The notes beneath the pieces are model-generated. The model did not search any database. It was given only the letters and a program-made list of their open reading frames with translations, and was not told the DNA's origin. A program made the position numbers and the translations under genes. DNA of 32,000 bases from Nitrosospira multiformis ATCC 25196 (lineage in GTDB: Bacteria > Pseudomonadota > Gammaproteobacteria > Burkholderiales > Nitrosomonadaceae). Location of the stretch: contig NC_007614.1 in the NCBI RefSeq assembly GCF_000196355.1, forward strand, positions 2,520,001-2,552,000, in the 5' to 3' direction. This document shows, in pieces, positions 28,980 through 32,000 of this stretch (positions within the stretch are counted from its first letter, which is position 1; each line of letters begins with the position of its first letter).

Positions 28980-30071
28980 TCAATCATCCTGGGTAGCGGC
29001 AATTACCCCTCCCCCCAGGCACACCTTGCTTTCGTACACCACCACTGACTGCCCGGGCGCCACGGCCCACTGCGGTTGGGCGAACTCGATTTTGCATTTA
29101 TTGCAATCAAGGTAAGTGATCGAACAGGGAGCGTCCGATTGGCGATAACGGATTTTGGCCGCGTACACCCAGTTGCAGCGAGGCATCTTGCCGCTCACCC
29201 ATGTCAAGTCGGTTGCAGCAAGCGCGGGCCTGAGCAGGTCGGGATGATCGTGCCCCTGTACTACCGTCAGGACGTTCCGCTTCACGTCCTTTTCCGACAC
29301 AAACCAGGGTTCGCCGTCGCCCCCCCTCGTTCCTCCAATGCCCAATCCCTGTCGTTGCCCGATAGTGTAATACATAAGGCCGGCATGCCTGCCCATGACG
29401 TCTCCGGAAGGCGTGCGGATTTCGCCTGGGTCGTTCGGCAAATAGCGGTTGAGAAATTCCCGAAAAGGCCGTTCACCGATAAAACAGATGCCGGTGCTGT
29501 CCTTCTTGGAGAAATTGGGCAGCCCGTGGTCTTTCGCGATGCTTCGCACATCGCGCTTATAAAGATGCCCGATGGGAAACAGTGCCCTGGACAACTGCGC
29601 CTGGTTGAGCCGGTAGAGAAAATAACTCTGGTCCTTCGTTCCATCCTCACCCTTGAGCAACTGGAATACACCATCCGTATTGCGCACCTGGGCATAATGT
29701 CCTGTCGCAATATAATCCGCGCCCAGCCCCGCCGCATGGTCCAGAAACGCCTTGAACTTTATCTCCGCGTTGCATAGCACATCCGGATTGGGGGTCCGGC
29801 CTGCCTTGTATTCGGCAAGAAAATGGCTGAATACCCGCTCCTTATATTCGGCGGAGAAATTCACAGCTTCAAGGGGAATTCCAATGACATCCGCCACTGA
29901 TGCCGCATCTATCAAATCCTGCCGGGATGAGCAGTATTCATCCGTGTCGTCATCTTCCCAGTTCTTCATGAAGAGGCCGATCACTTCATACCCCTGCTGT
30001 TTCAACAACAAGGCGGCGACAGAGGAATCCACGCCGCCGGACATTCCGACAACTACGCGCGCCTTGCTCAT
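28980..30071 (-). CDS. mnmA: tRNA-specific 2-thiouridylase
   Basis: PP-loop [30 protein letters not shown]. 363 aa. Confidence 0.97.
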
Positions 30072-30072
30072 T

Positions 30073-30519
30073 TCAAGCCAGATGAGTAAGGATGTCGAGC
30101 GGACACCCTTTCCCTGCCAGATGGTCTTCGATGCATTTCATGACGAGGGGGCTACGGTGGCAATAGGTCATGCTGCGGATTTCATCGATGTCGAACCAGT
30201 CAGCGCGTACGATGCCTGCGTCCAGGTCGCGGCCGGGATCATGGCCGCTCACTGAACCGGAAAAAGCAAAGCGTATGAATGTTGTATCTTCCGCCGGGGA
30301 ATGCCAGTGATAAATGCCGAGTACGGATTGGGGGACGAACATGTAGCCCGTCTCTTCCAGAGTTTCCCGTATCGCGCCATGGATGATTGACTCCCCCGGC
30401 TCCAGATGACCCGCCGGCTGATTAAATAACAAGCCGCTGCTGGTTTGCTCTTCCACCAGAAGATATTGCCCGTCTTTCTCCACCACTGCTGCCACCGTTA
30501 CATTGGGTTTCCAGATCAT
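30073..30519 (-). CDS. NUDIX hydrolase (NudJ-like position upstream of mnmA)
   Basis: Nudix box [23 protein letters not shown]. The stop lies 1 nt before the mnmA ATG (TGAAATG). The same nudJ-mnmA-...-purB neighbourhood exists in E. coli. Confidence 0.85.
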
Positions 30520-30785
30520 GATTTCATTATTTCAACCGTTTTAATTATTAAATAGCGGAACGTGGATACAACCGGACACGGGGCCCGAAATGTCATACTC
30601 CTATTATAAGGGAAGCCGTCCCGCCGCTGCGGTCTGTAACGCTTTCACGAGATATCGGGAAACCCGGGGGGCAAAAGCAAGCGCTTCTATCCGAAACGCG
30701 GTTAAAATATATGAATTTTTTGCCGATCCGGTTCCGGCTTGTTCCGGATTATGGAACCAAGCCCTGCTCAACAAATGGAGATAGC

Positions 30786-32000
30786 ATGTATCAGCACATC
30801 AGCATACCAGCGGAAGGCTCGAAGATCAGCGTAAATGCGGATTATTCCCTGAATGTGCCGGACAACCCGGTCATACCCTATATAGAAGGCGACGGAATCG
30901 GGGTGGATATTACTCCGGTAATGAGGAAAGTGGTGGATTCCGCCGTAGAAAAGGCTTATGAAGGCAAACGCAGGATTTCCTGGATGGAAATCTATGCCGG
31001 AGAGAAATCGACGCGTATTTACGGCGAAAATGTCTGGTTACCCGAGGAAACCCTGCAGGCGGCGAAAGAGTATGTGGTTTCGATCAAGGGTCCGTTGACC
31101 ACACCGGTGGGAGGCGGCATCCGCTCCATCAATGTGGCTTTGCGCCAGGAGCTGGATTTGTATGTATGCCTTCGTCCTGTTCGCTATTTTCAGGGGGTAC
31201 CTAGCCCCTTGAAAAATCCGGAGAAAACCGACATGGTCATTTTTCGCGAGAATTCGGAGGACATCTACGCCGGTATTGAATGGGAAGCCGGGTCGGAAGG
31301 CGCTAAAAAAGTTATCGATTTTCTGATGAACGACATGAGCGTCACCAAGATACGCTTTCCCCAAACCGCAGGGATCGGCGTAAAGCCGGTATCCCGCGAA
31401 GGTACCGAGAGGCTGGTACGCAAGGCAATTCAATATGCGATAGATAACGGACGGCGCTCGGTAACCCTGGTGCATAAAGGCAACATCATGAAATTTACCG
31501 AAGGTGCGTTCAAGAACTGGGGCTATCAGCTTGCAGCAAAAGAGTTTGGAGCAAGCCTGCTCGACGGCGGACCATGGATGAAGCTGCCTGAGGATAAAGG
31601 CGGTATAGTGATCAAGGATGTGATCGCGGACGCTTTTCTTCAGCAGATTCTGCTGCGGCCGGAGGAATACGATGTCATCGCCACGTTGAATCTGAACGGC
31701 GATTATGTTTCCGATGCTTTGGCTGCGCAGGTAGGCGGCATCGGGATCGCCCCCGGCGCAAACATGAGCGACTCGATAGCCATTTTCGAGGCAACCCATG
31801 GAACCGCTCCCAAGTATGCCGGCAAGGACCAGGTCAATCCAGGCTCCATCATTCTGTCCGCGGAGATGATGCTGAGGCATATGGGCTGGGCAGAAGCTGC
31901 TGATCTCATCACGCAGTCGATGGAAAAAACCATTCAGGATAAAACCGTAACTTATGACTTCGCCCGCCTGATGGCCGGTGCGCAAAAAGTCTCCTGTTCA
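30786..32000 (+). CDS. icd: NADP-dependent isocitrate dehydrogenase, 3' end beyond the window
   Basis: Hand translation from ATG 30786 (GGAGA 6 nt upstream): [44 protein letters not shown]...[34 protein letters not shown]...[25 protein letters not shown]. The frame is open for 405 codons to the edge. It is not in the track because no stop lies in the window. Confidence 0.96.
   Translation, partial: MYQHISIPAEGSKISVNADYSLNVPDNPVIPYIEGDGIGVDITPVMRKVVDSAVEKAYEGKRRISWMEIYAGEKSTRIYGENVWLPEETLQAAKEYVVSIKGPLTTPVGGGIRSINVALRQELDLYVCLRPVRYFQGVPSPLKNPEKTDMVIFRENSEDIYAGIEWEAGSEGAKKVIDFLMNDMSVTKIRFPQTAGIGVKPVSREGTERLVRKAIQYAIDNGRRSVTLVHKGNIMKFTEGAFKNWGYQLAAKEFGASLLDGGPWMKLPEDKGGIVIKDVIADAFLQQILLRPEEYDVIATLNLNGDYVSDALAAQVGGIGIAPGANMSDSIAIFEATHGTAPKYAGKDQVNPGSIILSAEMMLRHMGWAEAADLITQSMEKTIQDKTVTYDFARLMAGAQKVSCS

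Noticed and set aside
30590-30784. 64-aa + ORF in the NUDIX/icd divergent intergenic region
   Set aside because: No Shine-Dalgarno and an Ala/Arg-rich odd sequence. It occupies the space needed for two divergent promoters.
31038-31985. 315-aa minus-strand ORF
   Set aside because: Antisense shadow of icd. The + frame gives an unmistakable isocitrate dehydrogenase sequence.

Overview
Chromosomal window from a proteobacterium of roughly mid-50s % GC (judged by eye). Synteny looks beta/gamma-proteobacterial; I cannot name the organism. Most of it is ordinary housekeeping: cysM, comEA, an MFS transporter coupled to ssb and divergent from uvrA, a MOFRL glycerate kinase, phoB-phoR, two NUDIX hydrolases, grpE-dnaK-dnaJ with two textbook sigma-32 promoters, purB, a GST, mnmA and icd (runs off the right edge). 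A large exported protein runs off the left edge.

Two regions are not ordinary.

(1) About 2450-8350 is a visibly AT-richer ~5.9 kb island between comEA and ssb. It holds one tightly coupled four-gene minus-strand operon: a DNA methyltransferase (FCGSGT ... SPPY), a phosphoribosyltransferase-like protein (FVFFDDLVGSGTQ), a 671-aa P-loop ATPase (GGKGSGKTH / LLDEIE), and a 318-aa unknown alpha/beta protein with a CARF-like short signature. It has no recognisable nuclease, integrase or tRNA. A perfect 10-bp palindrome sits on the methyltransferase start codon. I cannot match this gene combination to any defence or modification system I know, and it is my best candidate for an undescribed methylation-linked conflict system.

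(2) 17613-21928 is a four-gene exported cluster: beta-propeller, porin-like, SCO1/SenC and an unknown protein. Two of its genes carry a duplicated ~175-bp module made of an upstream leader plus the first ~21 codons.

No tRNA, rRNA, CRISPR array or transposase was seen. All calls rest on reading the sequence and the ORF track; no searches were run.
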